Of a stretch of DNA of 58,442 nucleotides, positions 8,601 through 16,986 are shown piece after piece. Each line of letters opens with the position of its first letter. Within the stretch, counting starts at the first letter, position 1. This DNA is from Fibrobacter sp. (GTDB lineage Bacteria; Fibrobacterota; Fibrobacteria; Fibrobacterales; Fibrobacteraceae): positions 1-58,442 of the forward strand of contig JAEDLI010000001.1 of assembly GCA_016295375.1 (NCBI GenBank). Direction: 5' to 3'. The translations under genes were made by a program, and so were the position numbers. The notes under the pieces are model-generated. The model saw only the letters and a list, made by a program, of their open reading frames with translations, did no database searches and was not told the origin of the DNA.

Positions 8601-9310
8601 GCTTGCCGATACAGGTCAACTCCATTACAAAGGATAAGGCAAACCTGTTGCCGGGCGAAGAAAGTCCCTGGGTCCCTGTGGTGGGTGAGATTGAAGACGT
8701 CCGATTCAGGGTGAAGATGGCCGAGGGTGTAAGCACTACAGCTAAGGGTGACGACCTGTTTGCAGGCAATATGCCCGAAAAGGACGAGGACTTCCGCCTA
8801 AGCGTGTTGAGCGGTTCAGAGGAAACCCTTATCGCAAATGGCAAGAAGAAGTTGACTCCGTACAGTTCCATGCTCTCTTACGACACTGCCGCTTACAAGC
8901 ATGGAGGCCCGGTGTTTAACATCGATGTGGAGATGCCGATTTTGCTCCAGAAGGATTCGTTGGATAATTTCGCCTGGAAGGCTCATATCGCATTTACGTT
9001 GGATATTTATACCAACATGGGAGCCCATGTAACCCAGACGGAATACGAATTTGATCTGGATGAAATTGGAATTGACAAGTTGTCTGCCGACGGAACCATC
9101 CACCTGAAGCTTGAGTGGCTGCCTCACGATGGTAATCCCGCTGCTGCAAACGGCAGGGCGATTGCTACGGGCCCCTACGTGTCGAAGTTCCTCTTCCATA
9201 CGAAGGAAGTGGCTATTGCGCCGACGGCCAACAAGAAACATCGCGCCGGAACGGTGAAAAAGCAGAACAAGGAAAAGAGAATTTCCATGGGCTACCGCCG
9301 TATCAAGTGA
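2654..9310 (+). CDS. Large secreted GH9 endoglucanase (Ig-like + GH9 + FN3-like + long C-terminal region)
   Basis: 2218 aa with signal peptide. RINQAGYLP Ig-like start; GH9 motifs GGWYDCGDHLK, HPHHRAS and DYHLSETCIDATA; FN3-like LKNGTTYYFKV and LKEQTTYYYCV; basic C-terminus. Confidence 0.9.
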   Translation: MFGIRVLKGVDVRFFAVLLCALSALALAVEQEQPTPYDLIRPIWPMKWDTSATDDGGTVESFSKYTPNAKKHNTVPPVGTMPQDFVANGIIPDTLNQAFRDAQNLRIGRIRINQAGYLPDDPEKQFYYVSAGACGEKFSVVDLDGKTVFDGGTFMPSGQLTKSSWDIKAGTDAATNNQGRYTASATGPTGEICIGNLAQATGLHADTRYRVKVLNQYSATFIISDKVYSMVRDATLKFYGINRSGNSESWFHKPSHTKDGAGPFTKGAGAVARFTPKEGALQGGWYDCGDHLKESQTQAYAFMVLAVMAAANPDRDEDHYAYNMGETVNTDGIPDILREAKHGADFFMRAFVFADGIIDNMAVSVGNFGADHGWWGRPENQDALPASLTGRGGPHERDVRLGELGSNISGQIAAGLALLSVDYAVYDKTFADSCLMVAEQLYDFAKNLALGKSTYGMEKYGKTGLPYVYNTVPAGWSSPAYNGNNEYHDDLALAAWALHYATYPKTGDDYYLKEAISSQEMVESSGPGADKFKGGWMGSSSNGMTKSSKNTSWANAYTYALYGFYKVLLRDAATAAKYGISEQDRLLYSEKILYTMAANVSYLSGSGSNPIDLPNPNSETPLTLSYDNIWYIMQTDQTWIYNRYQAGNIFEVLAYSDIAKDFDGVKLPQKGVQNWNSAAMKQLGLNQLNYMLGVNPWDVSFLLGVGDKNDAHPHHRASNPEGKNMPGAGYKYNPPTGALFGGVTPGVENAWSPSTLSWEDYHLSETCIDATAMFVASCAVAVREEDRNRPPSKVDVEIRYVGYDSAIVNINQDIRGQAMILYSESETGPFANMAVDSIPGVKHTIHMKNLKNGTTYYFKVVAINARSEKYATRWLVDSTLTPFNFTTLASEPPAADIQNVKVCNLSSDSAEVMWYTPNGQYESKMYWDTVLTTYDKMHWNTGDANADVSGIPTSFHYVKIGGLKEQTTYYYCVESNGVQRCTDDNGIPLKFTTPVTHYDFDVSVYQYDFGGMDFLNLNLINNEDRAFNELTLRMYVTARPDEIEAVPGVNNQPGSCPLLADEDICQAYDEAGFNRPCVNQNGESVDDSIRYYLRHAVPVKLDDTYDPATGTYDWYIPIPLGGTTIKSSSRMRIDIGFSSGIYQNGGCETLRTPAKKRFVAGGASSDWSWAAHKRDVDGADYAGVPAWDKDQGDIEQAPKNPYIVVYRKNEFISGFSPSYQEMTTKRAHYDMTVAFDAPFNVSNGSYIQIDSVKSTMHLKGTALISESGYVNAIWVNGVALTKEQLKTAAVYNYETSKYDLDIPVKMTIGTNKVDVTVFAGPDPECAECQENGGCAFVNRSYYVQFSKGDRTAGILTLVREDGTSVSSPAATDGSLKFYVVVKDKDNRSNKTIRVLVENSRTGVVDTLTLNRVNETTGEFKSDLITAIAEKDVKLPKVSFFGGDEITITYIDAEDEEDVATQYFFADPTHPVPQDVVVQDTDCNARGDKIVATFSGSTFGNGITLDSALFEFDSTATTKPLAVLLKPSSVNGAEAVFTPNAGQVPQTGAPTGMVTFYITEKGVVTTEKAPIKDGIAPTLKGVTILENENHQYAQDTLKIIFTEPVMLASYSVWPLRVTNGSAEVSQTGISVVSATTSDNGRSWLYVIEGNTNGEIFKPGQKAEILADFGVSDLGMNSLSNCAGPVTVTESVRPVPVSFARITDKMGDGQPEEIYLEFESLLREKDMLDSFDIYWGSPEIYRAFKNQKDWSLDTIQGDPVIKPILTKKDSSMEVKQISYKEVIGQDTVWCNQTTMVEDTTTHTMVEVDVLDPITGLPVKYACSYKDKTQNAVKNDTIWNYVIDTTGHDTLLQKHTAMRIKIPEGVFLKKTYGSRGGKGSVMPRKGEEGGFFDKSYMLNDDCPPVLTAARLSKYGSTYALRVELSEPLVASGNEKAQFIERFHEGLKSYYRPADTKLDKYLDVMYWTFAFREEDADNHVHIGDSLRLPIQVNSITKDKANLLPGEESPWVPVVGEIEDVRFRVKMAEGVSTTAKGDDLFAGNMPEKDEDFRLSVLSGSEETLIANGKKKLTPYSSMLSYDTAAYKHGGPVFNIDVEMPILLQKDSLDNFAWKAHIAFTLDIYTNMGAHVTQTEYEFDLDEIGIDKLSADGTIHLKLEWLPHDGNPAAANGRAIATGPYVSKFLFHTKEVAIAPTANKKHRAGTVKKQNKEKRISMGYRRIK

Positions 9311-9327
9311 TTTATGACGGATATCCG

Positions 9328-9358
9328 AAAAAAGACCTCCCGCACGGGAGGTCTTTTT
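9328..9358. terminator. Bidirectional intrinsic terminator
   Basis: AAAAAAGACCTCCCG-CA-CGGGAGGTCTTTTT between convergent genes. Confidence 0.8.
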
Positions 9359-9407
9359 AAATTTGTAAGGAGGGTTTTAGGGAGGGCGGAAGCCTTCCCT
9401 AATTGCT

Positions 9408-9605
9408 TTACTCGTACTTGATGACGCCGGCGGGGCAGGAGTCGGCAGCGTCCTTGATCTCGCTTTCGTAAGCGGAATAGTCAACGCCTTCCTTCACCTG
9501 CATCTTTTCGGGAACGCTGAACACTGCGTCGCAAGTAGCTTCGCAAGCGCCGCAAGATACGCATTCGTCGCTGGATTCGTCCAGCCAAACTTTAGAAATA
9601 GCCAT
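9408..9605 (-). CDS. Single-cluster ferredoxin
   Basis: 65 aa with CVSCGACEATC...CPAGVI; GAGGT RBS upstream. Confidence 0.9.
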   Translation of the reverse strand: MAISKVWLDESSDECVSCGACEATCDAVFSVPEKMQVKEGVDYSAYESEIKDAADSCPAGVIKYE

Positions 9606-9780
9606 AATTTACCTCTTGTGTCTTTGGTTTGTGTCTGACCTAAAGATATAAAAAAATGGTGCTGTAAAGGGGAAAATTCTCCATTGGAACGATTTTTTTT
9701 TGTTTTGCATCGGGGTTTTAGGGGCGGCGCCCCTAGGCGAGGGGGTGATGGATGACTTGCTGAGTGTGTTGATGATGGGA

Positions 9781-9804
9781 GATCCCCGCCTGCGCGGGGA
9801 TGGC
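9781..9804. repeat. GTCAT-palindrome REP-like element
   Basis: GATCCCCGC-CTGC-GCGGGGATGGC. Confidence 0.75.
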
Positions 9805-9980
9805 AGGAAGGTGGCGGGGATGTAAGTTGACGAGGCAAGGCAGAAATCAGGGGGATTCTTCCCCCCTTTTATGTTATAAAAATCGAGGTGCCTGGGTTCG
9901 GTCCTTAAGAGCTTTTCTAAATTTGCGGGCGGAAATTCATCGTCTTTTAAGGCGAACAAATCGAGAGGACAGCACCCGCG

Positions 9981-10772
9981 ATGAAGAAAGTGGTTGTAAA
10001 AATTGGTGGCAGCCTGGCAATCGACGAAGCCAAGCTGGCTGATTTTGTGTCGGCAGTCTCTACCCTCCCCGGTAGTGGCTGTCAGGTGGCCGTGGTTCAC
10101 GGCGGTGGCAAGGACATCAACGAAAATATTGCCTTGCTCAAGGAACAACCGACATTCATCGACGGCCTGCGTGTGACGACCCCCGGCATCATGAAGATGG
10201 TCGAGATGACCCTCTCCGGCCACGTGAACAAGAAGCTTGTGCGCATGCTCCTGAACAACGGCTGTGGCGCCGTCGGTATTTCGGGCGTAGACGCGAACCT
10301 GTTCCAGGTGGTCAAGAAGCAGGGCAAGGTGGACCTTGGCCTGGTAGGCGAAATCAAGAAGGTGAACCCGGACATCGTGACCGCGCTCTGGGGTGCGGGG
10401 TTTGTTCCCGTGGTAAGCCCGATTTCGATTGGCCCCGACGCAAACGGTAAGGTTGTGTGCTGGAATGTGAATGCCGACACCGCTGCAAGCGAACTGGCTG
10501 TGGCGCTCGAGGCCGACCAGTTCGTGCTGGTGAGCGACGTGCCGGGCGTGATGGACGAAAACAAGAATGTAATTCCCGAACTGAGCGAAGCGGACGCCGA
10601 AAAGCTGATTGAGGCTGGCGTCATCTCCGGCGGTATGATTCCCAAAGTCCGCGAGAGTTTCAAGTCAATCCGACGAGGACTCAAGAGTATCCACATCGTG
10701 GGTTGGAAAGACGCGGAACACTTTGGCAAACAAATTAATGGAGATTTAAATTATGGCACAATCCTCAGCTAA
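9981..10772 (+). CDS. argB: Acetylglutamate kinase
   Basis: VVKIGGS, VVHGGG, FIDGLRVT, NVNAD, SDVPGV and GGMIPK motifs. Confidence 0.95.
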   Translation: MKKVVVKIGGSLAIDEAKLADFVSAVSTLPGSGCQVAVVHGGGKDINENIALLKEQPTFIDGLRVTTPGIMKMVEMTLSGHVNKKLVRMLLNNGCGAVGISGVDANLFQVVKKQGKVDLGLVGEIKKVNPDIVTALWGAGFVPVVSPISIGPDANGKVVCWNVNADTAASELAVALEADQFVLVSDVPGVMDENKNVIPELSEADAEKLIEAGVISGGMIPKVRESFKSIRRGLKSIHIVGWKDAEHFGKQINGDLNYGTILS

Positions 10773-11955
10773 CCTGCTCGAACAGGACAAACAAATTATC
10801 GCGCCGCTCTACGGCAAGGCAGACATCAACTTCGTGAAGGGCGAGGGCTCTTACCTCTATGATGACCAGGGCAACAAGTATCTGGACTTCGTGGCGGGTA
10901 TTGCCGTGAACGCGCTGGGTCACCAGAACCAGGCGATTAAGGATGCTGTGGTGGAGCAGATGAACCACTTCAACCACATCAGCAACCTTTACCCGAACTA
11001 CCCGCAGATTAATCTCGGCAAGGCCCTCCTTGAAATTACCAAGTTCGACAAGGCCTCCTTCTGCAACTCCGGTACCGAAGCCAACGAAGGTGCAATCAAG
11101 TTTGCTCGTAAGTACTTCGACCGGAAGGGCGAAAAGAATCGCCAGAAAATCGTGACGTTCGTGAACAGTTTCCACGGCCGTACCTTCGCAGCTCTTTCTG
11201 CAACGGGTCAGCCGGCCATCCGCGATGGCTTCGGCTCTATGCCGGGTGACTTCGTTCACGTGACTTGGAATGACTGCGCTGCATTGAAGGCCGAGGTGGA
11301 TGGCAATACCTGTGCCATCATGCTGGAATCATTGGCTGCCGAAGGTGGCGTGATGACCCTTTCTGCCGAGATGGTCGCTACGATTAACAGCCTGCAGAAG
11401 GAATTCGGCTGCCTCGTCATCGTTGACGAAGTGCAGGCGGGTGTGGGCAGGCTCGGAACCTTCCTCGGTTTCGAGAAGTACGGCCTGAATCCGGATCTAG
11501 TTTCTTTGGCAAAGGGAATCGGTGGCGGTCTCCCGCTGGGTGCGGTGCTCCTGCGCCAGAAGATTGCCGACCAGCTCAAGGCCGGTGACCACGGAACTAC
11601 ATTCGGCGGTAACCCGATTGCTTGCGCCGCAGGTCTCGCCGTCGTGAAGCAGATTCCGGGACTCCTCAAGAATGTGGCCGAACGCTCTGCCCAGCTGAAG
11701 GCCGGTTTGGCTGCCCTTGTGGAAAAGTACAGCTTCGCCAAGGAAATCCGGGGCGAAGGCCTGATTCTCGGTGTGGCTCTTGATGAATCCATGCCGGTGG
11801 GCAACATCATCGCTGCCGCCCGGGGCGAAAAGCTCATGGTCTTGAGCGCCAAGGGCAACGTGCTGCGTCTCTTGCCGCCGCTGAACATTTCGGCAGCTGA
11901 GTGCGACGAGGCGCTTGCAAAACTGAGCAAGGCTTTCGAAGCAGCTGCTAAGTAA
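10753..11955 (+). CDS. argD: Acetylornithine aminotransferase
   Basis: YLDFVAGIAVNALGH, NSGTEANE, SFHGRT, DEVQAGVGR, AKGIGGG and HGTTFGGNP motifs; overlaps argB. Confidence 0.93.
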   Translation: MAQSSANLLEQDKQIIAPLYGKADINFVKGEGSYLYDDQGNKYLDFVAGIAVNALGHQNQAIKDAVVEQMNHFNHISNLYPNYPQINLGKALLEITKFDKASFCNSGTEANEGAIKFARKYFDRKGEKNRQKIVTFVNSFHGRTFAALSATGQPAIRDGFGSMPGDFVHVTWNDCAALKAEVDGNTCAIMLESLAAEGGVMTLSAEMVATINSLQKEFGCLVIVDEVQAGVGRLGTFLGFEKYGLNPDLVSLAKGIGGGLPLGAVLLRQKIADQLKAGDHGTTFGGNPIACAAGLAVVKQIPGLLKNVAERSAQLKAGLAALVEKYSFAKEIRGEGLILGVALDESMPVGNIIAAARGEKLMVLSAKGNVLRLLPPLNISAAECDEALAKLSKAFEAAAK

Positions 11956-12004
11956 AACTGGCCGCCGCGAAGTAATCCGAAAGTCAGCCGCTTTTCCGGC
12001 GATT

Positions 12005-12058
12005 GTCATCCCCGTTGCCATTCTGGAGGGGCAAAGCCCCGATAGAATCACGGGGATC
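12005..12058. repeat. Nested REP-like elements
   Basis: GTCATCCCCGT...ACGGGGATC encloses GCCATTCTG-GAGGGGCAAAGCCCC-GATAGAATC. Confidence 0.7.
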
Positions 12059-12092
12059 TTTTTTTTGATGTATATTGTATCAAGAGGTTCTC

Positions 12093-14999
12093 ATGAAATC
12101 TTATGTTGTTTCTGCCCTTGCGGCTTTTTTTGCTCTGCCGGCCTTTGCTTCCCAGAACGTGGTCAAGGTCGATGACCTGCACCCCGGCGTTGTCATCAAC
12201 AAGGACAACATGATGTCTGCCGACTTGGCGATTTGGAACCCGCCTAGCCGCTTCTATGACATGGCTCCGGCCCTGGTAGATGGTGGCTACACCCTGTTCC
12301 GTTTCCCCAATGGAAGTCTCTCTAACGATTACCACTGGAACGGCATCGGCAAGTACGACGAAACGGGACTCTGGACTCCCGATGAAACCAAGTGGGCCCG
12401 GGGCTTCTTGGGCGAGACCGTTTACCGCGGCACCACCAAGGACAACTACGGTTTTGTCCGCCGGAGCCATCTGGCCGACGGCAAGATGGAGACCATGTGG
12501 TGGGGCGAAATCCTGGACCCGGTGGACCCGCCCTGGGTTGTGGTGGAATTCCCTGAAAAGGTGAACCTGGATTCCATTCAGATTGACTGGGGTAAGCTCC
12601 GCCCCAAGGCTTTTGAACTGGCCTATTGGACGGAAGACTACGCGGAATATCCCGGCGTGCACCAGGCTCTTGAAAACAAGCTGAAGGTAGAAGCCACGGT
12701 GCGGGTGAACTCCGCTACCACCAAGTACAAGTTCAAGCAAATCAATACCCGCTACGTGGCCGTCCGTTTCAAAACCACGGACCTGCCGTCAAAGGGCGTG
12801 CAGATTTGCGAGATGAAACTCTACAGCGGCGAGACGGATTTGCTGGGCGGCAACAACTACAAGTTCTACGCCATGTCTACCAGGAACGGCGACATCGCCC
12901 GTACGGACTGGACTGACATCAAGTGGGATTTCGAGACTTTCATGGAATACATCAAGACGCTCCCCAATGCCAGGGCCGTCATTTGCGTGAACGCGGGCAC
13001 GGGAACCTCCAAGGAGGCCGCCGCCTGGGTGCGTTATGCCAACAAGGTGAAGGACTACAACATCAAGCAGTGGCAAATCGGCAACGAACTGGATGGCGAG
13101 TGGGAAGAATCCGGCCCCATTTCGGCAAGGCAGTACGCCGCCCGCTTTTTGGAATACGCCCGCGCCATGAAGGCGGTGGATTCCAGCATCATCTTGCACG
13201 GCCCGCTGTTCAGCACCCACAAGATGCAACAGAAGGGTGCGGGCCTTCTGGATGGCAAGTATTGGATGGAAGAGTTCCTGCGGATTGTGGGGGAGGCCGA
13301 AAAGAAAGATGGCAAGCGCTACCTGGACGTGGTGGACCTGCATAACTATCCGTACTGGACGCCAAACGACCCGAAACCCGCAGACATGCTACGTTCCATG
13401 CTGGATGTGGGACCCAACATGGACACGCTGGACATGTGGATGAAACGCCACCTGGAAGGGGAACGCCGGGTGTTCCTTTCGGAGTTCAGCACCTGCGTGC
13501 AGGGCTACAGCCTGCTGATGGATTACCCTCAGGCCTCCGCTATGGCCAGCGTCTTTGCCCAGCACGCCATGCGGTTTGGCAACCGCCTGCAGGTGCTTCC
13601 CTGGGACGCTTTCGGCAACCTGTTCAAGGGTCCCGACGACACCTGGGGAACTATCAGCATGACGGCGCTCCTCAAGGAAGGCTCCTGGAATCACTGGAAG
13701 TCCTTGGAGCCTACGGCAGAATATTACGGCGTCTACATGACCTTCATGGACTTTTTGGAAAGCGGTTTTGCGGTGTTGCCGGTAGAGAGCAACAGCCCCG
13801 ACGTGGTGGCCTACGCCATCGGCAAGGGGGATTCTGCCCGTGTAATGCTGGTGAACCTCTCCGACATAACGCAGCTGGTGCAGATTGACCGGGCTAGCGA
13901 AAATTATCTCGTCCGCACGCAAGTAGAGATTTTTGGACCAGAACAGTTTAAATGGCAAGGGACTGGTCCGCACGCCTACCCCTACCCGAAAATGGGCCCT
14001 AGTGGACGCCGTATCAATCCGTCCAAGTCCAGAGACATTGCCGTACCGCCCTTTGGACTTGCCGTTGTGCAGATTAACCCGAAGGTCGTGGGCCTGGAGG
14101 CGGCAACGAAGGATTCTGCGTCAGACCCCAAGGTCATTGCCGCTGCCCTCGAAAAGAAGGTCCTGCTGGCAGGCGATACCCTGGACCTGTTCGCCACCGC
14201 TGTCCAGCAGTACGGTCAGCTGACAGAAGGCAAGCTTGAAATTCCGGAGCTTGGGATCGCCAAGTGGTTCAAGCCCGATGACGGCCTGTGGAACGCCTCC
14301 ATCGAAAGCTTCCATGTGAAGGTTCCCATGCCCGCAAATGTGAAACTTGGGCCTGCCACGGCGACGCTCAAGATTCGCGGCCTGGGTGGCAAGGCTACGG
14401 AATTCAAGATTCCCTTCCGCATCCGCGGGGCTTACCGCACCACCAGCGTCATGCAGAACTTCGACAATGGGCTGGATGCGGTAGATTGGTACCCGGTGGC
14501 CAACGGCGATAACGCTACCAGTATCGAGGCCAAGGTCTTTAACGGAGCGCCTCCCCATGGCGGATTCATCCGTCACGACTTTATCATCGAGCAGCCTCCT
14601 GCACAGGGTTGGCCCAACTTCGCCGGAGCTTACTACGTAATCCCCGAAGCCGTCAGGAATTCCGTAGGCATCGTGTTCGACTACGCCACCAACCACAACA
14701 ACCCCGACGGCTATTTTGAGGTGCAAATCGCCAGTGAGCAGGTGAAGGACTACGACGAGTTCATGGTCCGGCTGAAAAATACCCGCGGCAGCTGGGTCCG
14801 GGACACCCTCATCTGGGAAAACATGGCGCAAGAGGGCTGGGGCAAGACCATCCCGCAGCTGGACCCCAAGCAAATCAAGAACTTCGCCTTCAGGGCCCGC
14901 TACAGCGGCAAGGGCTACATCAGCCTGGACAACATTTACCTCTTGCAAGAGGACGGCACCGAAGTCCCCATGCCCAAGGGATTACGCCGCTTGCGGTAA
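12093..14999 (+). CDS. Secreted clan GH-A glycoside hydrolase (GH51/GH44-like) with discoidin-like insert and C-terminal CBM11-like module
   Basis: Signal peptide; RFPNGSLSNDYHW, WQIGNELDG (acid/base) and FLSEFS (nucleophile) motifs; NFDNG...ISLDNIYL module. Exact family uncertain. Confidence 0.7.
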   Translation: MKSYVVSALAAFFALPAFASQNVVKVDDLHPGVVINKDNMMSADLAIWNPPSRFYDMAPALVDGGYTLFRFPNGSLSNDYHWNGIGKYDETGLWTPDETKWARGFLGETVYRGTTKDNYGFVRRSHLADGKMETMWWGEILDPVDPPWVVVEFPEKVNLDSIQIDWGKLRPKAFELAYWTEDYAEYPGVHQALENKLKVEATVRVNSATTKYKFKQINTRYVAVRFKTTDLPSKGVQICEMKLYSGETDLLGGNNYKFYAMSTRNGDIARTDWTDIKWDFETFMEYIKTLPNARAVICVNAGTGTSKEAAAWVRYANKVKDYNIKQWQIGNELDGEWEESGPISARQYAARFLEYARAMKAVDSSIILHGPLFSTHKMQQKGAGLLDGKYWMEEFLRIVGEAEKKDGKRYLDVVDLHNYPYWTPNDPKPADMLRSMLDVGPNMDTLDMWMKRHLEGERRVFLSEFSTCVQGYSLLMDYPQASAMASVFAQHAMRFGNRLQVLPWDAFGNLFKGPDDTWGTISMTALLKEGSWNHWKSLEPTAEYYGVYMTFMDFLESGFAVLPVESNSPDVVAYAIGKGDSARVMLVNLSDITQLVQIDRASENYLVRTQVEIFGPEQFKWQGTGPHAYPYPKMGPSGRRINPSKSRDIAVPPFGLAVVQINPKVVGLEAATKDSASDPKVIAAALEKKVLLAGDTLDLFATAVQQYGQLTEGKLEIPELGIAKWFKPDDGLWNASIESFHVKVPMPANVKLGPATATLKIRGLGGKATEFKIPFRIRGAYRTTSVMQNFDNGLDAVDWYPVANGDNATSIEAKVFNGAPPHGGFIRHDFIIEQPPAQGWPNFAGAYYVIPEAVRNSVGIVFDYATNHNNPDGYFEVQIASEQVKDYDEFMVRLKNTRGSWVRDTLIWENMAQEGWGKTIPQLDPKQIKNFAFRARYSGKGYISLDNIYLLQEDGTEVPMPKGLRRLR

Positions 15000-15210
15000 G
15001 GGGGAAGGCCTTCCGCACCACCTAAAGGTGGCCATGTACACTAAGCGCTAAAGCGCTAAGTGTACAAAGGTCGCTCCAGACCAAGCCGGGCCAGGTGCCT
15101 GCCCCGGACTTGTTCCGGAGCTACCCCTTTTCCTAGGGGCCCTGCCCCTAAAACCCCGAATGAAAAAGGAACCCTCGTGGGTTCCCTTTACTATGTGGCG
15201 ATAGGGTCCT

Positions 15211-16845
15211 TTACTTGATGATGAGCATCGAGTCGTCCCAAGCTTCGTGCTTTTCGAGGCCCAGAAGGTTGGCCGTCGTTGCAGCGATGTTGGAAAGACC
15301 CCAGTCGCCTTCCTTGAGGGAAAGCTTGCCACCCGTTACGTTATCGTAAAGGATGCAAGGAACCTTGTTCAAGGTGTGGCTTGTCTTTGCCTTGAAGGTA
15401 CCGTCCTTGTTGACCTTCGGCATGCCGGTCTTCTTGTCGATTTCGTACATTTCGTCGGCGTTACCGTGGTCAGCCGTGATGATAGCGACACCACCGAGGG
15501 CGTCAATCACCGGGAGCAGGCGTGCAAGGCCGATATCCACAGCTTCGATAGCCATCGTGGCAGCGCGGAAGGAACCGGTGTGGCCCACCATGTCGCCGTT
15601 CGGGAAGTTGCAGCGGAGCGTCTGGTACTTGCCGCTCTTCAAGGCTTCGATCATGGCGTCGGTGATTTCGGCGGCCTTCATCCACGGGCGCTGTTCGAAC
15701 GGAACAACGTCGGATTCGATTTCCAGGTAGGTTTCGCCGTCGAACTTGCTGGAACGGTTACCATTCCAGAAGTAGGTCACGTGGCCGTACTTCTGCGTTT
15801 CGGAGCAGGCGAACTGCTTTACGCCCGTTTCGGAAAGCCATTCGCCGCTGGTTTCCTTGATGGCCGGAGGCGGCACCAAGAAGCGGTTCGGGAGCTTGAG
15901 GTCGCCGTCGTACTGGAGCATGCCGGCGTAGCAGACGTGCGGGAAGCGCTTGCGGTCAAATTCGCTGAAGGATTCTTCTTCGAAGGCGCGGGTGATTTCG
16001 ATGGCGCGGTCGCCACGGAAGTTGAAGAACACCACGGAGTCGCCATCGTTGATGGTACCCACCGGAGCGCCGTCCTTTGCAATCACGAACGGCGGGAGAT
16101 CCTGGTCAATGGCCTTGGTTTCGCCGCGGAGGGTTTCGATAGCCTGCGTAGCGTTGTCGAAGTAGCGGCCTTCGCCCAGCACGTGGGTCTTCCAGCCGAG
16201 TTCCACCATTTTCCAGTTAGCGTTGTAACGGTCCATGGTAATCTGCATACGGCCACCGCCGCTAGCAATGCAGACGTCGAATTCCGGGCTGCGGAGTTCG
16301 TCGAGGAACTTTTCGAACGGGCCGACGTAATCGAGGGCGGAAGTTTCCGGAACGTCACGGCCGTCGAGCAAGATGTGTACGCGGACCTTCTTGAGGCCTT
16401 CCTTCTTGGCCTGGGCGACCATGGCCTTGAGGTGGCTGATGTTGGAGTGGACGTTGCCGTCGCTGAAGAGGCCGATGAAGTGGAGCACGCTGTTCTTGGC
16501 GCGAACGTTCTCGGCAATTTCCTTCCAGGCATCGCGACCGAAGATGTCGCCGCTGTTGATGGCGTCTGCAACGAGGGCTGCACCCTGGTTGTACACCTGG
16601 CCCGCACCGATAGCGTTGTGGCCCACTTCGGAGTTACCCATATCTTCGTTGGTCGGCATACCGACGGCGCGGCCGTGAGCCTTCAGGAGCACGTTCGGGT
16701 ACATCTTGAAGAGGTTGTCGAGAGTCGGGGTGCGGGCGGCCTTGATGGCGTTGCCTTCGACCTTATCGGTGATACCAAAACCATCCATCACGATGGTTAC
16801 GACCGGTCCCTTGATGCCGGGGAAATTGGAAAGCTTCTTGAGCAT
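15211..16845 (-). CDS. gpmI: 2,3-bisphosphoglycerate-independent phosphoglycerate mutase
   Basis: MDGFG, MGNSEVGH, SDGNVHS, DGRD, NFRGDRA, ETQKYGHVT, DMVGHTG and TADHGN motifs. Confidence 0.96.
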   Translation of the reverse strand: MLKKLSNFPGIKGPVVTIVMDGFGITDKVEGNAIKAARTPTLDNLFKMYPNVLLKAHGRAVGMPTNEDMGNSEVGHNAIGAGQVYNQGAALVADAINSGDIFGRDAWKEIAENVRAKNSVLHFIGLFSDGNVHSNISHLKAMVAQAKKEGLKKVRVHILLDGRDVPETSALDYVGPFEKFLDELRSPEFDVCIASGGGRMQITMDRYNANWKMVELGWKTHVLGEGRYFDNATQAIETLRGETKAIDQDLPPFVIAKDGAPVGTINDGDSVVFFNFRGDRAIEITRAFEEESFSEFDRKRFPHVCYAGMLQYDGDLKLPNRFLVPPPAIKETSGEWLSETGVKQFACSETQKYGHVTYFWNGNRSSKFDGETYLEIESDVVPFEQRPWMKAAEITDAMIEALKSGKYQTLRCNFPNGDMVGHTGSFRAATMAIEAVDIGLARLLPVIDALGGVAIITADHGNADEMYEIDKKTGMPKVNKDGTFKAKTSHTLNKVPCILYDNVTGGKLSLKEGDWGLSNIAATTANLLGLEKHEAWDDSMLIIK

Positions 16846-16934
16846 AGTTTACTCCGTATTGTGCCCGCGCAGTCTGTGCAGGCGTGTTAAATTACGGGCG
16901 TAAAGATAGAAAAAAACGTTTCCGTATAAAAAAA

Positions 16935-16958
16935 GTAGCCCCGTGTTTGCGGGGCTAC
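16935..16958 (-). terminator. Intrinsic terminator of the upstream lipoprotein gene
   Basis: GTAGCCCCG-TGTTTG-CGGGGCTAC preceded by an A-run (U-tract on the minus strand). Confidence 0.7.
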
Positions 16959-16986
16959 CCATGTTATTTGCCGAATCTCCTAGAAA

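Noticed and set aside
15247..16890. 547-aa plus-strand ORF, and similar long antisense ORFs over argD, uvrB, prfA, serC and psd
   Set aside because: Antisense shadows of strongly codon-biased genes, with no recognisable motifs.
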